From Bugula neritina (taxonomy: Eukaryota; Animalia; Bryozoa), in NCBI GenBank assembly GCA_964035545.1, contig OZ037767.1:13377801-13441800 (forward strand): 64,000 nucleotides of DNA, read 5' to 3'. The notes under the pieces were generated by a model. It did no database searches. It was given only the letters and a program-made list of their open reading frames with translations, and was not told the origin of the DNA. Position 1 is the stretch's first letter. Each line of letters opens with the position of its first letter. This document shows positions 1-13,400 of this stretch, in pieces. The translations under genes and the position numbers were made by a program.

Positions 1-352
1 TTTATCATCAAGCTGTTTTGTACGAAGGTTATATTTGAACTGTTGTAGCACATAGTTTAATACATACAATTGAGAAAGTAACTCTTAAATAGATCGAACA
101 GTGTTTATTGAAAATAATTGGTATTTAGTAATACAGAGGATTCAATCTCCTAGAATTTATTTAGAACCTGTTTTTGGTTTATTGTTTTTGGTAAAAAGTT
201 GAGCATAGCCAATTTTTTAAACATGTCGACATTTTTTCTCAAACAGAAAAAAATTTTAAGCTCTAACATTACACTATATCTGGTACAGGTGACCAGTATG
301 CTGTTTCGTCTTCGTTCAATCTTGTATTGTATACAGTATGTAATGTTTACAG

Positions 353-3300
353 AGAAGTAAATAAAGCCCTAGATTGTGACGAGAACGGACAAACTACTGA
401 GGCGTTAGTTAGTTATAAGAAAGGGGTGGAGTTGATCACAGGAGCCCTGGCTATACAGCTGTTGGCATCTGCTAATAGTGAAGTCAACTCCAAACGAGAT
501 AAACTTAAAACTGCACTGGATAATGCTAAGTCAAGAATAGCGGAGTTGGAGCCACCCTTAGATCATGGTGAGTTCTAAGACCTCAGGCTACATTTTACTT
601 TGTGCCATTAGTTTTTAAATGAGAATTTAATATAATTATAATTAATAAAGTTAAATAATGTATTATATAATTATAGGCAATGTGTTACAGTCTTCTAATA
701 TATAGAAATTTTTTCTACATCAGCAGAAAACTTGAAGCTAACTATGTTCGGTTTATCTTTTGATCAATTTAAGCCTAGAATGTTGGCATGTTGTGTAGTA
801 AATGTATTATTATGATTGTAAAAATGGTCTCTTGATGATATCTGTTTAGATAGCAAGGTGCACACAACTCTACATTACATAGATTGAGTAAACGTCAAGT
901 TTTCTTGTGTCGGAGGTTAAAAAACCTCTTTTGCAGTTATCTGTATTTAATTTGGCATAACTTTTAACTGAAATGAAGCATTGCTCATTAGTAACTAAGG
1001 CTAATTATGGCCAAGTACCTCAGGCTATTATCCGATCTGACTACAGGCAGCGTGCGGGTGAGGTCCAGACAGACAGCGTTGCCTAGTTACGAAGAAGCTA
1101 CTTCGCCTTCACCTGATAGTCAGCTGTCCCGGTGCTTTGATGCCGATGTGCTGCTCACTGTTGCTAGTGTTCAGGTAGATTTACCTGTGTTTACCTGCAT
1201 TACCTTATTCTCTGTTGTTACTCTACTCAGTAAAATGTGTATGTCTACCTGTATTCCACATATGCTTACCTGTCTTGCACTAATTGCAACATAGTATAGT
1301 AGATGTTAAGGAAGGGAGCAGCCGTGGTCTAGGGGCTAGAGTGTTTGCTTAGTAAATACCAGGTTATGGGTTGGAACCCAGTAAAGGCCATTGGTGATGT
1401 TAGGAAGAGCATCCAGTCATGTTTGCTCTTGTGCCACATAAGAATAAGTCCTTAGCCCGGTTTAAAAAAAAACTTTTCCATCAGGGGTTTTCTCACAGGG
1501 ATGGTGACTATAAACTTGTGTGAGTTATATGTTATGTAATATAGTTATGTTGATGTGATGATTTTTAGGTGTACTTCATAACAGGAAATGGTCACATCAG
1601 CACAAACTCTGTTCCCCAAACTTTGTACGTCTGCAAATTTAAGTCACCTTCTGCGATACCTGGAGCTCCACAGCACTTCCTCATGATTGGTTGGTACCTC
1701 TTATTACTGCTGCATTATATAATACACGTTAGATAACGCATGTCATGTTTAGTTGCACTTTTCATCAATTGTTTCAATATTTTAGTCTAAATATTATTGC
1801 TTATCGATTTTGCATTTGTTAAAACTTATCACTATTCTCAAAACACTTTCAGTCCAGTGAATCAGTGGAATTTTTATTATTTTATATCAATTTATAAGTA
1901 GTTATAAATTATATAATAACTAGCTGGTGCTTATTCACCTCTTATTGAAAGTACAAGAGCCAACGTAGCCAAAGATACTTGATTGAAACGAGACAAATAT
2001 TTAAAAGCTTACAGGGACGTGACTTTAGGTAGTCAAACAATAAATTGCTGTCCACAATTTCCAGTATCGCACCTTTACAAAAGTTGTTTTGATGTTTTGG
2101 TCGTACGGACTTGAAACTTTTGTCTCAGTCGGCCTAAACTCTGCGATATGCACACATGTTAATGTTTACAAGTATGTGTGATAAGTTCTACTTACCTGTT
2201 ACAGGAGAGTTCACCTTACCCTTAGTAGAGGGTCTTACTCCTTGTGTACAATCATCAGACGGCTCGTATGTCTTCCCAGACGTGACGTCACCTGATGAAG
2301 GTGAGTCTACGTTGTTAAGAAAAGAGTTTGTTGTATGTAGGCATCACTTTATGGTTATCAAAGGCTGGCTTGCAGATTCTTTGGATGTTGTTCAGCGCAT
2401 TCTGCTCTATTCCCACTATTAACCTCAGCTTCTCAATCTGTTTTTTTTCCTGTGAGAACATGTGGAACAGTTCTGTTCAGGTGTATCATTTAAAACTAAT
2501 CATCGAGGTAGGTGGAGTAATGGAAAAATTGAGAAAAGCCTGCGTTCTAGTTTAAAAGTGTAGCAAAAGGAGTTATGTTCTCACGAGAATTTCAACCCGT
2601 GCCCAAACCAAAACTTAATAAGAAAAATAAAGAACTTATGCTATCTCCATTAATATAATATACTTCAATAGTGGTTACATTTATTAGACTCTAAAGTTTG
2701 TTGTTTGATGACAGGTGCTGCCGTCGGCATCAAGTTAGCTGACGGGACAAATACTGAAACTGTTGACACTTTTCAAGCTCTGCTAGTTAGTCTAACAGCT
2801 CCTCCTTCATCAGCTGAGGACATGAGGACACCTGCTACAGCTGTCACTTCACAGCCAGCTGCTCAACCTGCCAGCACGTTACAATATGACACCACGCAGT
2901 CACCTGCTCAACCTGCCAACACATTGCACTCTGACACCACACAGCCACCCACTTATAGCATGCCGACATCTGACAGCTCTGGTAGGTTATTTAGTGTCAT
3001 TTTAGTCAATATACTTTCTTGGTGCTTCCTTGAAATATTTCTCATGTGAAAACATAAAGTAGCTCCCTTTTCAACTTCATGGACACCTCAAATTGCGTAC
3101 TTCATGGATCAGGTTTCTCAGAGAGTCTGTGTTGCCAGCATTGATGGTGATAACCTTTACATTCAAGGTTGTCACAGAGTTGACTTCACAAACTAGCATA
3201 AAAAGCATAAAAGCTGTCGTTTTTCTAAAAAATTACCTGATCACCTGATTTCACTATCATCAGCTGTTTTATATTCATGTAGCGCAAACCTTAGAATTTA

Positions 3301-5638
3301 AAAAAAATTAATATCTATGTTAGTATTTTGAATTTGTAATTTTATATTTATATTCATTTTTTCAGTCGAGGCAGAAGAATCCGAAATGGCCGACTCTCGA
3401 ATGAGCACTCAGATTAGTAAAGGACTTGTTACAGGTAGGTGATTGATATTAGCTGTTAGGTGATTGATATTAGCTGGTAGGTGATTGTTATTAGCTGGTA
3501 GGTGATTGATATTATTTGGTAGGTGATTGATATTATCTGGTAGGTGTTTGATATTATGGTCAATTTACTTAGTTTATTACACACTATATATATCTAGTTT
3601 TTACCTATTTTTCACAGTTTAGCTGCTAAATTAAATAGTTTCTTGCCTTAAACTAATAAAATATTAACAAACACAGCTGAATAATCAAGTTTTTTTCTAA
3701 TTTTGCTTAAAGTGCTATGTTTTTTTGTAATTTTCTTAGTAAATTGGGATGTGTGGACAGTGATGAGAAAATCATCATGGTCCGCATATCTTAATTTACT
3801 AAAAAAGCAGGAAAAAACATAGAAAATTGAACAAAACTAAATAAAAACCTTGATTATATAACTGTATTTGTTAATATTTTATTAGTTTAAGGCAAGAAAC
3901 TATATAATTTAGCAGCTAGACTGTGAAAAATAACTAAAAACTAATTAAATAGAATGATCCATTAGCTGGTAGGTGTTTGATATTAATATATCACATCACA
4001 TCTATATATTGTGTATTGGAAACAGTGCAGTTTTATAAGAATAATGGGTTATCGTCCTTCTGTGTTATCTGCAGCTGCCGAGTGGGTCAGCTGGGGTCTG
4101 GGGAAAGGAGCGGAGAAGGTCAGCGTTGCTCTGGCTTATGGAGGAGAGAAATTGAGAAGGAATCTCAGACCGTCCTCTCAGGAACGACAGCTGGACGATC
4201 GTCACAGGAAGTGTCTGTCTGTGGCTCGAATAGGAACCAATGTCACGTTACAGGTGTCTTCTGCAATAGGTGTGTGTTGTCTCCTACAATAGGTGTGTGT
4301 TGTTAGCATTACGGCAGCATTTCATATACTCTTTTGACCCCACTTTCAGCCAATCATCTCAGTTTGTTTGGAACGTTCATAAAGTTTTACTCTCAGCACA
4401 GCTGTGTACCGACTAGTGGTTTGTAGGTTTCAACTGGAGTAATTGGAAGTTGTCTACCCGATACTTTATTATACCCCCCTGTGTCTTTAGATAATGTGTG
4501 ATACAATCATTATGTTTACCATGGCTCAGTTTCATCAAAGTGATTAATAGCTTGTGTTATCATGTAGTGCGAACTTTGGGGGACGCTACTATGACCCTCG
4601 GTAAAAAGGTGACGCCGCATATAAAAACACAGGCTAAAAAAATGCTGCCGAACAATGTCACTAAACCATTGACCACTACAGATGAGACTGGCAGATCTAA
4701 AGCTGATGATATTATAGAGGTCGTTGGGGCTGGTGTGAGAGGTCGGTGGTGATTGAACAAGTTATTATCTGAATTGAGTTCTCAGTTAGACGAGTGTTTA
4801 GTATTCACACATAGGCTTTAAATAGATTGTCTTAACCTGTCTATCTGTAGCCTGTGATCTGAAGATTTAACTTGCGTATTGCAGGGTTTGGAGTTGTGTA
4901 TCTCAGTTTAGAAGAAGCAGCTAAAGTCTTAGGACGTTGTATAGCATCACAGACAAGGGACACAGTTTCTCACAAGTTAGTTTATATTTTATGTCTAAAG
5001 TTGCGTTTATACCTCTGCTGAAAAAAGTTCCGAGTTTCAGTTAATTTCACCCGTTCGAGTACCTCTTTATAGTGTTGCTGAAAATCGTTGAAATAATATT
5101 GATTTTTAACGGTAAAATATAACTTGTTTATTCGCTATTTGATGCCCTCTGAAAACGTAAGGAATTCGTTGAGTCGACAGCATAAAAGCGATAATTGAGA
5201 AAGTCAGCTGCTATAATTATAAACGTGAATACCTATATCTACAAGGAGTTGTCATTTCCTTTGATTGTTATTCTAGAACACATCTTTGAGGTCTATGTTG
5301 AGAAATTGTCCTTTTGAATTTTGAACATTTTTCTCATCAGTTTTATTATTTGTAGGATTTTAAACTTATTTTAAAGGAGCATATATATAATAATCACAAT
5401 ATTGTATAAAAATTAGTAGTTTTCCTCTCTTCATTCATACAGTCTGTCATACAGGTACGGACAGCACTATGGTGAGGCAGCAGAGAATGCCCTGTATACG
5501 GCAGGAAACACTGCTCTGGCCGCCCACAATATTACCCAACTGGGTCCCAAGGCTATCGCTAAGAAAGCTGCTAAGGACACTGCTAAAGCCGTTATTACTA
5601 CGCCACGTGAGAAGCCACCCGATGGGGCAGCTAAATAA
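353..5638 (+). CDS. SPART: Spartin (MIT domain, LPSY motif, C-terminal senescence domain); start codon unresolved, probably upstream
   Basis: Phase-consistent exons: ~353(or 337)-567 (MIT: VNKALDCDENGQTTEALVSYKKGVELI), 1047-1174 (LPSYEEA), 1569-1689, 2205-2300, 2715-2981, 3366-3434, 4075-4269 (AEWVSWGLGKGAE), 4568-4741, 4885-4975 (GFGVVYLSLEEAAKVL), 5455-5638 (YGQHYGEAAENALYTAGN...LGPKAIAKKAAKDTAKA, TAA). Confidence 0.93.
1314..1526 (+). mobile_element. tRNA-derived SINE, full-length copy
   Basis: GGGAGCAGCCG head, A-box TGGTCTAGGGG, B-box GGTTGGAACCC; body (GGCCATTGGTGATGTTAGGAAGAGCATCC...GACTATAAACTTG) shared with four other copies in the window. Confidence 0.85.
3434..3556. repeat. ~21-bp minisatellite (GGTAGGTGATTGATATTAGCT) starting at a spartin splice donor
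   Basis: About six units seen directly; one more unit resumes at 3961-3984 after the foldback insertion. Confidence 0.9.
3558..3960. mobile_element. Foldback / MITE-like imperfect palindrome
   Basis: Arms of ~170-190 bp are reverse complements (TATTTTTCACAGTTTAGCTGCTAAATT...GTTTCTTGCCTTAAACTAATAAAATATTAACAAA versus its inverse at ~3867-3932), centred on TGATGA-GAAAA-TCATCA; GG...CC ends; interrupts a minisatellite. Confidence 0.8.
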
Positions 5639-7461
5639 CCGCCCTATGACATCATCTTTCTTCCGCGATACTGTGATGAGTTTGCTATTGGAACGCGTCA
5701 TATCCTCCCACAGCCTGTTTCTCTCCTGAACATTTCCTAGCACTATAACTACAGTGTGTAGTCTAACTTGACGTCCAGTTGCTTATACTGTAATCACTGA
5801 CTAGACATGATTAGATAACTCCTACTACATCATTCGAATATTGTGAATAGACTATTTTATAGAACAGGTAACATTCCCTTATTGCTAGCCCTTTCAGTTA
5901 TTTATTTTAAATATACTATTTAGTTTTCTATGTTTTCCTTACTAATATTTAATTTCAATATAAGCTTTCATGTTTTGTGCATCAGTCTTCTGAGCATTAG
6001 CAGGTTTAACCTTGACCTTTGGGTGATGGTTTTAGGCATGTGTTATTTGCAGAGTTACACAATGTTAGTGTTCAGTGTGCTGTAAGGCATGTTCACTAAA
6101 GATGTGTCTATTTGGGCAAATGCTAAAGTGGGGTAAATTTTCCCTTCTATTTATACTTCAAGAATGTTCTGTTGTCGAAAATAAATCGAACATTTTTATC
6201 ATAACTTCAAGGAGGATTAGTTTCATAATCGGCTAAAGGAATGCATATTAATGAGGCGCATCAAGGTGACCTTATAGTTTGACCTTCAGGTTTGTAGTCA
6301 TATAAACAGTTATTGAAAAATATCAGAAATATTTTTTATGAATTTAATACGGTTTTGACTCTCAATGCAGTGAGATGTGGTGGTTGATGTGTGATGCACA
6401 TTTATAGAGACACATGGAGTATATTTCATACCTATACTTGATTCGCATTGAACACTAACCTACACATGCAGATAAAAGCATTTCAATTTCAGTGTATTCG
6501 GTGTACCATTGATATACTATGTGCTGAATAGCCAGCTACTACTTTTTTACACCATTTCAATAGTTTGCAGTACAAGTTGTGATTCTCACTAGTTGATTAT
6601 CCATGAGATCTACTTCTACTGACACTTCTGCTGAATAGTTGCATTATAGACATCAGTTTTGGCCCTATCTCTACACTCGTAACAGCAATGGTTAGAAAAA
6701 GGGAAAGCGCTCAGTCTTAGCATATGGTAGATATTGAGCAATGTCTTATAGTATGTAGTGCCCAATAACGCAGTCGTTGCCTACGGAGTGATTATTCAGA
6801 TATGTCTCTTTAAAATGCCAGAACTATTCACTAATTAGTCATACTGAAAGTTCCGTTGACATCAGAGATACACCAACATGTCACGCTCTTTGATTTTCAT
6901 GAAGCTGTTTACTGCTGTTGCCATGGTGATGGATCTGCCAACTGTTAAATATATACAAGAGTGGTTGGTGAATTTCATTATTCTACACTATATCTGCATT
7001 TGGTATAGTGACACACAATACACTACTACATATACTTTGGGAAGTAAAGGTAAGTCATTGCCTGTATATATAAGCCTCAACATTCATCAGTCATTGGAAA
7101 TTCAAGTTCAAAATTTGCAACTTTGCAAAATTAGTTAAATATAAGCAATTTTTTGTTTTGCAATTTTGCTCTGAAATCTTGGTTTTTTTATACGTTGTGT
7201 ACAATTTATCAACTTTCAAAAGGATTATATTTATAAGTGTTGCCCTATTTATTGTTGAGCTGCATATATAATATCACTGTTTAACTTTGACCTTGTGTTA
7301 ATGTTCTACTCTGCTATTAGTAATAACACAATACGTTAAAAGCATAAAATATTCTCAAATTATTCTTTATTCTAAAACAGAAGTATTCCTTATCATGAAA
7401 TAACATATGCATTAGATACACTATATCTTTAGATAAGACATAGCAAAGAACTCTGCTAAAG

Positions 7462-10400
7462 ATGAAACTGTACCTGCTATTACATCTCTTGGGCATGCTG
7501 TGCTGTGCTCTCGCTGCTGGGAGGAACAAAATCATTATAGTAGGAATGTCTGGACTCAGGTACCGTTTGTTGTCATTGTTACATTACATTTCACTTCGCT
7601 TGATGTCTACAATGCTGTCATATTTTGTCTGTGTCTTGATGTGAAAATATTTATTAAGTCTGAAGAGATACATTTCGATCAATTTAATTTTCTGAGTTCA
7701 AAACTTTAAAATGCAGTTGAATTTTAAAAGGTGTACAACCATACAAGTATGTCTGAAAAGTTTTATGTATTAATATATATATAAACTGCAATTTTTGTTT
7801 GGTTTGTTCAATTTGCTGCTTTCTGATATTGTATTCAATCTTTTTTGTGCTTTAGTTGATCCCACACAAAATTATCTATAAAATTATGGTTACTGGAATT
7901 TTTAAGAAAATAACACAGCACATTGCTACTATCTCATTGTAAATTCTATTTAAAAGGCGAAAGAGCTTCAATTTTTCAAGTCACAACTTGTGTTGAATAT
8001 TAAAACTTCTGGATGAATTATGTAAAGTTGTACAAAATAGCCTAATTGTAGAAAGAAAAACTCCATGTTTTTGAAATAATAATAATCTACCTGAGTTACA
8101 GGTATTCTCTTCAAGTCATATTGCATTTGAATTCTCACAGTATTATTGGAGATCACATGTTGTATATTATTAATGCTGCCTCCTTTCCTAGCAGCAAATA
8201 AAGTCTCCTATACTTTTAGGCACGACTATGTTGATCAGCCGAACCTTCCCACATTTAGAAAGTTTATACTTGAAGGAGTTCGAGCTAAGCAAATGGAAAT
8301 TCCATTTGTCACAAACTCTGCACCGTCTCTTGCCACCATTGTTACAGGTGAGACTTAATGTTATTTTGCTGCTTCTAATTAGTTGTCTACTGAATAATAA
8401 ATCATTTAAATGACTGTATTAAGACACAATCAATGCAAGTAACATATCCCAGCTGCTTTATCTGGAGACATTATGCTAGGTAGCAAGCTGTAAGTCACAG
8501 TAACTTCTAGCACCTTTTATTCTGTAGAAACATGCATATATTCTGATTTATATTATATAGTAGACAGTCTATTACTCTGCATGTATAAATAGAAATCATA
8601 CTCTTAATCTATTTTATCAGCAAAACAGCACTTTCTAGAAAGTTGAGTTCCATGCTTAAAATTTCTAGGACCCATTTTCTAAGGTGTTTTTATGTTATGA
8701 ATTTTTCATGATAATTAGCCTACCTTTTGCCCTGCAAATCAGGTGAAAACAAATTATTAAAATGCCTTTCAAGTGACTCATCAAGTTACTTTGTGCCATC
8801 CACCTGAGGGCATTCCTGAGTCATATTATTACCTTATTCAGAGGTACCAGTTGGGTTTCAGTTCTCTGTTCCGCTACAAGAATAAATGTTTTATACGAAA
8901 ATCATGGCTTTAATCTCTATTCGCTAATATTTTCTTTTGTTCTAGCAAAATATGTTACTTTATGCTTGTCACAGAGGCTGTGTATGAATCTTTTCACCAT
9001 GATATATGTATCTCTTGCCAATTCACTCATGCATGTTATTTTAATCCATTCCTTCCAGCTGTAAGACAATGCATTGGGTGAAAAACATCTACATCTATGC
9101 ATCATATCTTTGAATAGCTAATTAATTTTCTGGTAGAATATATTATATTTAGTGCAGTATTGGATAATATCTCACTTCCTTTACAATTATTCCTTATATC
9201 AGTTTTAATAATATATATCAAATATTTTACACTTTTGTGATTTAATTTGCAAACATAATATAGATAAAATCATATATGTTATATATCACTATATAATAAT
9301 AATTAGTCTATATTATAAAAGAGTTAAAGACATTTTCTTATACATTACGGTCATGAGAGTTAGTATTTGAATAGAATATAGATAAATAGTTATATAATAA
9401 ATAATCAAATAAATAAATAATATTTATACTAACAATAATTATCCCACTAACGCATTGTACATGGTTTCTTAACTTTTATTGCTGGGCAGGTTTGTGGCCA
9501 GAAGAACATGGTGTTATTGATGACAGTATGACAGACCCTAACATGATTGGCTCCTACAAATTTGGTTTGAATAAGCTCACATCTGATTGGCTGCCCGTCA
9601 AACCGATTTGGATCACAGCTGAAGAAGCTGGGATAAGGACCGCAGTGTCAGGCTGGCTGGGTAAGAATGCTATATCCACTCCTTTTGTCAAAAGTCCCTT
9701 CTGATTTTTAAATTTATCCACCCCTGTTCATCTGGGGAGGGCATGTGTTAAATCTATCCACTCCTGTTCTTTTGCTAAATTAAATCTGTGTATTTTGTGA
9801 AACTATGCATTATATAATTTATTAAACTTAAAGGATTGCTCTATCTTGTCTAATAAATGGCCATTTAGGTCAAACACACATAATATTGTGTTTTTCTAAG
9901 CATGCATTGACAAAAAGCATTTGACCAAAGGTAGAAAAAGTTAGTTGAAGTTGAGGGTGTAGATTGGTAACAGCCAAAACGCCGATTTTGAAATGAGCTG
10001 GGAAATGTGACGTAACAGCGCCAGCATTCCTGCTGGTCACGTGACTATACAAATGAATAACTATAGAAATATGACTGTGAGATGTAATCTTTTAGCTTGC
10101 AATTTGTATATTTATAGAAGTGCAATTGTGAATTATCTCAATCTATAGTTTTTTGACATTTTAAATAACATGTATGTGATAACATTAGGCTATATTTTGC
10201 TTGTAAACATTAGAAAAAAGCCTTGCAAAAACATGCATTCTTTAGGATGAATGCCTGCAATCGATCTAAACTAGGTCAGATTGTGCAATATTACGGGCAC
10301 ACCAAAGCTGACCTATATAGCGCACTGTAACTGCTTGAGCGTAATTGGTTGATGTTGTGCCCAGCAACCTTGAATACTAGCGTTATAGTTAGCAGTGCAG

Positions 10401-13400
10401 CATAGTTACTGGCGTTCACACGTCACGTATTAGGCTATTCTTTTTCATGGCTGAAAATTTTACCTCCCTCAAAATTGGAATTTTGAAAAGCTGTTTTCTA
10501 AGCACATATTCCTTTGCAAAGTCACAATTGTTTGCATACACATTAAATTATAGTTCATAATTATAATGTGATTGTAATAAACTAAGATTGAGCAATCCTT
10601 TAAATATATAGATGTAAATGTTGCAGGTTCATGTGCGAGATGTATTTTAGTTGAAAGTATATATTATTTGAATGACATTTTGAGTTGAAAACTTAATGTC
10701 ATACTTCCTGTTAGATTGTCATGCAATGATTTTGTAATTCACTTATATCTAAACTATCTGCAGGTATAATACATGTTTTATATATACACCTGTATATACT
10801 TAAACATGTATATTTACGCCTTCACTATTACTTTCACCTACTCCCTTACCTACATCTATACCTACACATATACTTAAACTATACCTACACATATACTTAA
10901 ACTATACCTATACCTACCCCTGCACCTACAACCACATCATTAGTTCATAACTATTCAGAAACTTCTCGACTCATCTCTCTCAAATCCTATTATAGCTATT
11001 CTGTGTGGGTATTGCTATGACATATGAAATATTTTTTGCACTAAATCCATTTTATAGCCTTGGCACTTAGACATAGTACAGAGTGTTCAAATGCCCACCC
11101 ACTCTCTCTGCTGTATAAGCTATAAACCTTTAAACCTGTCCACTCAGCTTTGTAAGATTCTGTATTTCACATCCTCAGTATATAAAATGCCTAAACTGAG
11201 ATGCCTGGGCATTGCAACAACATATTAGAATAGCTCAGCATAATCTGTCATGATTCGCTGTTCACAGGAAGTGACATAAAGTTCGGCTCCGTAAACGCTA
11301 GTCTGTTCCACAAGTTCGTACCGAGAGAGAGTGAGGAGGATTCGAAAGCGAGAATTGCGGAGTTCACTTCCTGGATGTACGGCAAAGCTGACCTTGGCCT
11401 TATCCTGCTGCCTCAGCCAGACAACAGCGGCCACGAGTAAGTGGATTCAACTGAGATGTAGTGTAGAGTAGTCTGTGTAGTGTAGAGTAGTCTGTGTAGC
11501 GTATTGTATATATTGTGCCTATGGTATATGGTGGAGCTCGTCTAATTTCTGTAGTGCAACACTTTATTTTAAAATAGCATATATAGAGTAGTGTGTATAG
11601 CGTAGTGTGTATAGCGTAGTGTGTATAGTGTAGTGTGTATTGTAGTGTGTGTAGACTATTGGTATGGTGTAGTGCAACACTGTATTGGAAAGTAGTGTAA
11701 CTGTATAACATAATGTATGACTGTAATACCGTCTGCTGGTGGTTGTATTAAGACTTCCACTCAGCACCTCTTCTACCTTGAAGAAGCATAAGACTTACTA
11801 AATCCGATTGCGCAAAGATATATTATACATCAGAAAATCAGATTCAACTAAGTATGGAGGTCAAAGCGCCTTATAAATGCATTGTGCAAGGTTAATAGTA
11901 TCCTTTTCGGCTCTGTTTGCATTTCCAAATTGTAAATTTTTTGTATGTAGATTCAGCCAGTCTCAGCTTTCTAAGGATACGGAAAAGTTTAGCACTTTTA
12001 TATATAAGAATATAATATACCTACTGCAATATCACATAAGAAATTATAACATACAACTATAAAAAATAATATAATGACATCATTTATTAAGGTGTACACA
12101 ATATATAATTATAATAATATACTATAGCCTCTTATGTTTGCACTTGATGTAGCGTTGTATTATTGTAATATAGTACAGTATTATATTGTAGTACATTGTT
12201 GCAGTATCAATTAATTTTTTCCTCTCCTTTCTAGGCACGGAGCAGAGTCTGATGAGGTAAAGTCCGCCATGGTTCGAAATGACGGACTTCTAAAGTATCT
12301 ACTGGAAAACCTGCAAGCTCTGGACGGTCTAGACCAGAGAACCAATATCATCGTATTGGGAGACCACGGAATGGCCGACCACTCTAGTAACCATGTTGTA
12401 TACCTTAGTGACCTTGGCATTACTCTCGGTGACCTTAAGTGGGTCACGGGTAACATGTTTACTACGGGAATGATAATTCCACATGATGGACTTATCAACT
12501 CGGTAAGTTCTGTTTTCTCAAGAATGGGTTTATCTCTAAGATTCACTTGTATTTAGTCATTTGATAATCAGATTAGAATAAATAATTTTTCTTTAGTGAA
12601 AAAGAATAGTTAGTGAAGGAAATTTAAATTATAATACAATCATATTATTATGTCATTGGTGTATTCGAAGACATGTTCACATAGTGGAATTATCTCTCTT
12701 CACAACATACAATGAATCCCCATGGTGCAGTAGTAGCATAATTGACCTCTCTTATTTGTATACAGATTCAATTGACCTCTCTAAGTAAGGTAATATATCC
12801 ACATTGATGTCTCCTCTAGGTGTACCAGAAACTTACAAGTCCCAAAGGAAAGATTCACTTGACCTCATATTTGAAGAAAGACATACCTGAGAAGTTCCAC
12901 CTGAAGTACCACAGAAGAACTCCGCCCATCCTCGTCATCCCTGATGTCGGCTACAGAGTAGAAATTGTAAGTCCGCCATTATAATAAAATTTCCTCCAAA
13001 TTTATTTAGATTAGGCTTAGGACTTATTCAGATGGGGCACAGAAGCAATTATGACTTAATGCCTTTCCTAACATCACCAATGGCCTTTACTGAGGTTCGA
13101 TACAATGACCCTGTACTCACCAAACTATTGCTCTAACCCCTAGAACGCGGCTGTATGTTTTTACATAGCACAGCCATTAACTAGAACTTGGTAGTGCACT
13201 GTAGATAAAACTTACTATGTAGAGTAACTTACTGTAGAAAGTAACCTAATGTTTACTGTAAGCGGCCGGAATAGCAGACAACTTAAATATCACTTTTAGA
13301 CCTACTAAGTTTTACTCACTCTCTCTTTGTGGAAAGTGAAATATAGTTTAGAGCTCAATGCAAACTGCAGAGACATCTAGAATATAGGTTGGTTGTAGCC

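Noticed and set aside
1314-1390. Possible tRNA gene
   Set aside because: A and B boxes are present but it continues into a repeated SINE body, and I could not build a convincing cloverleaf.
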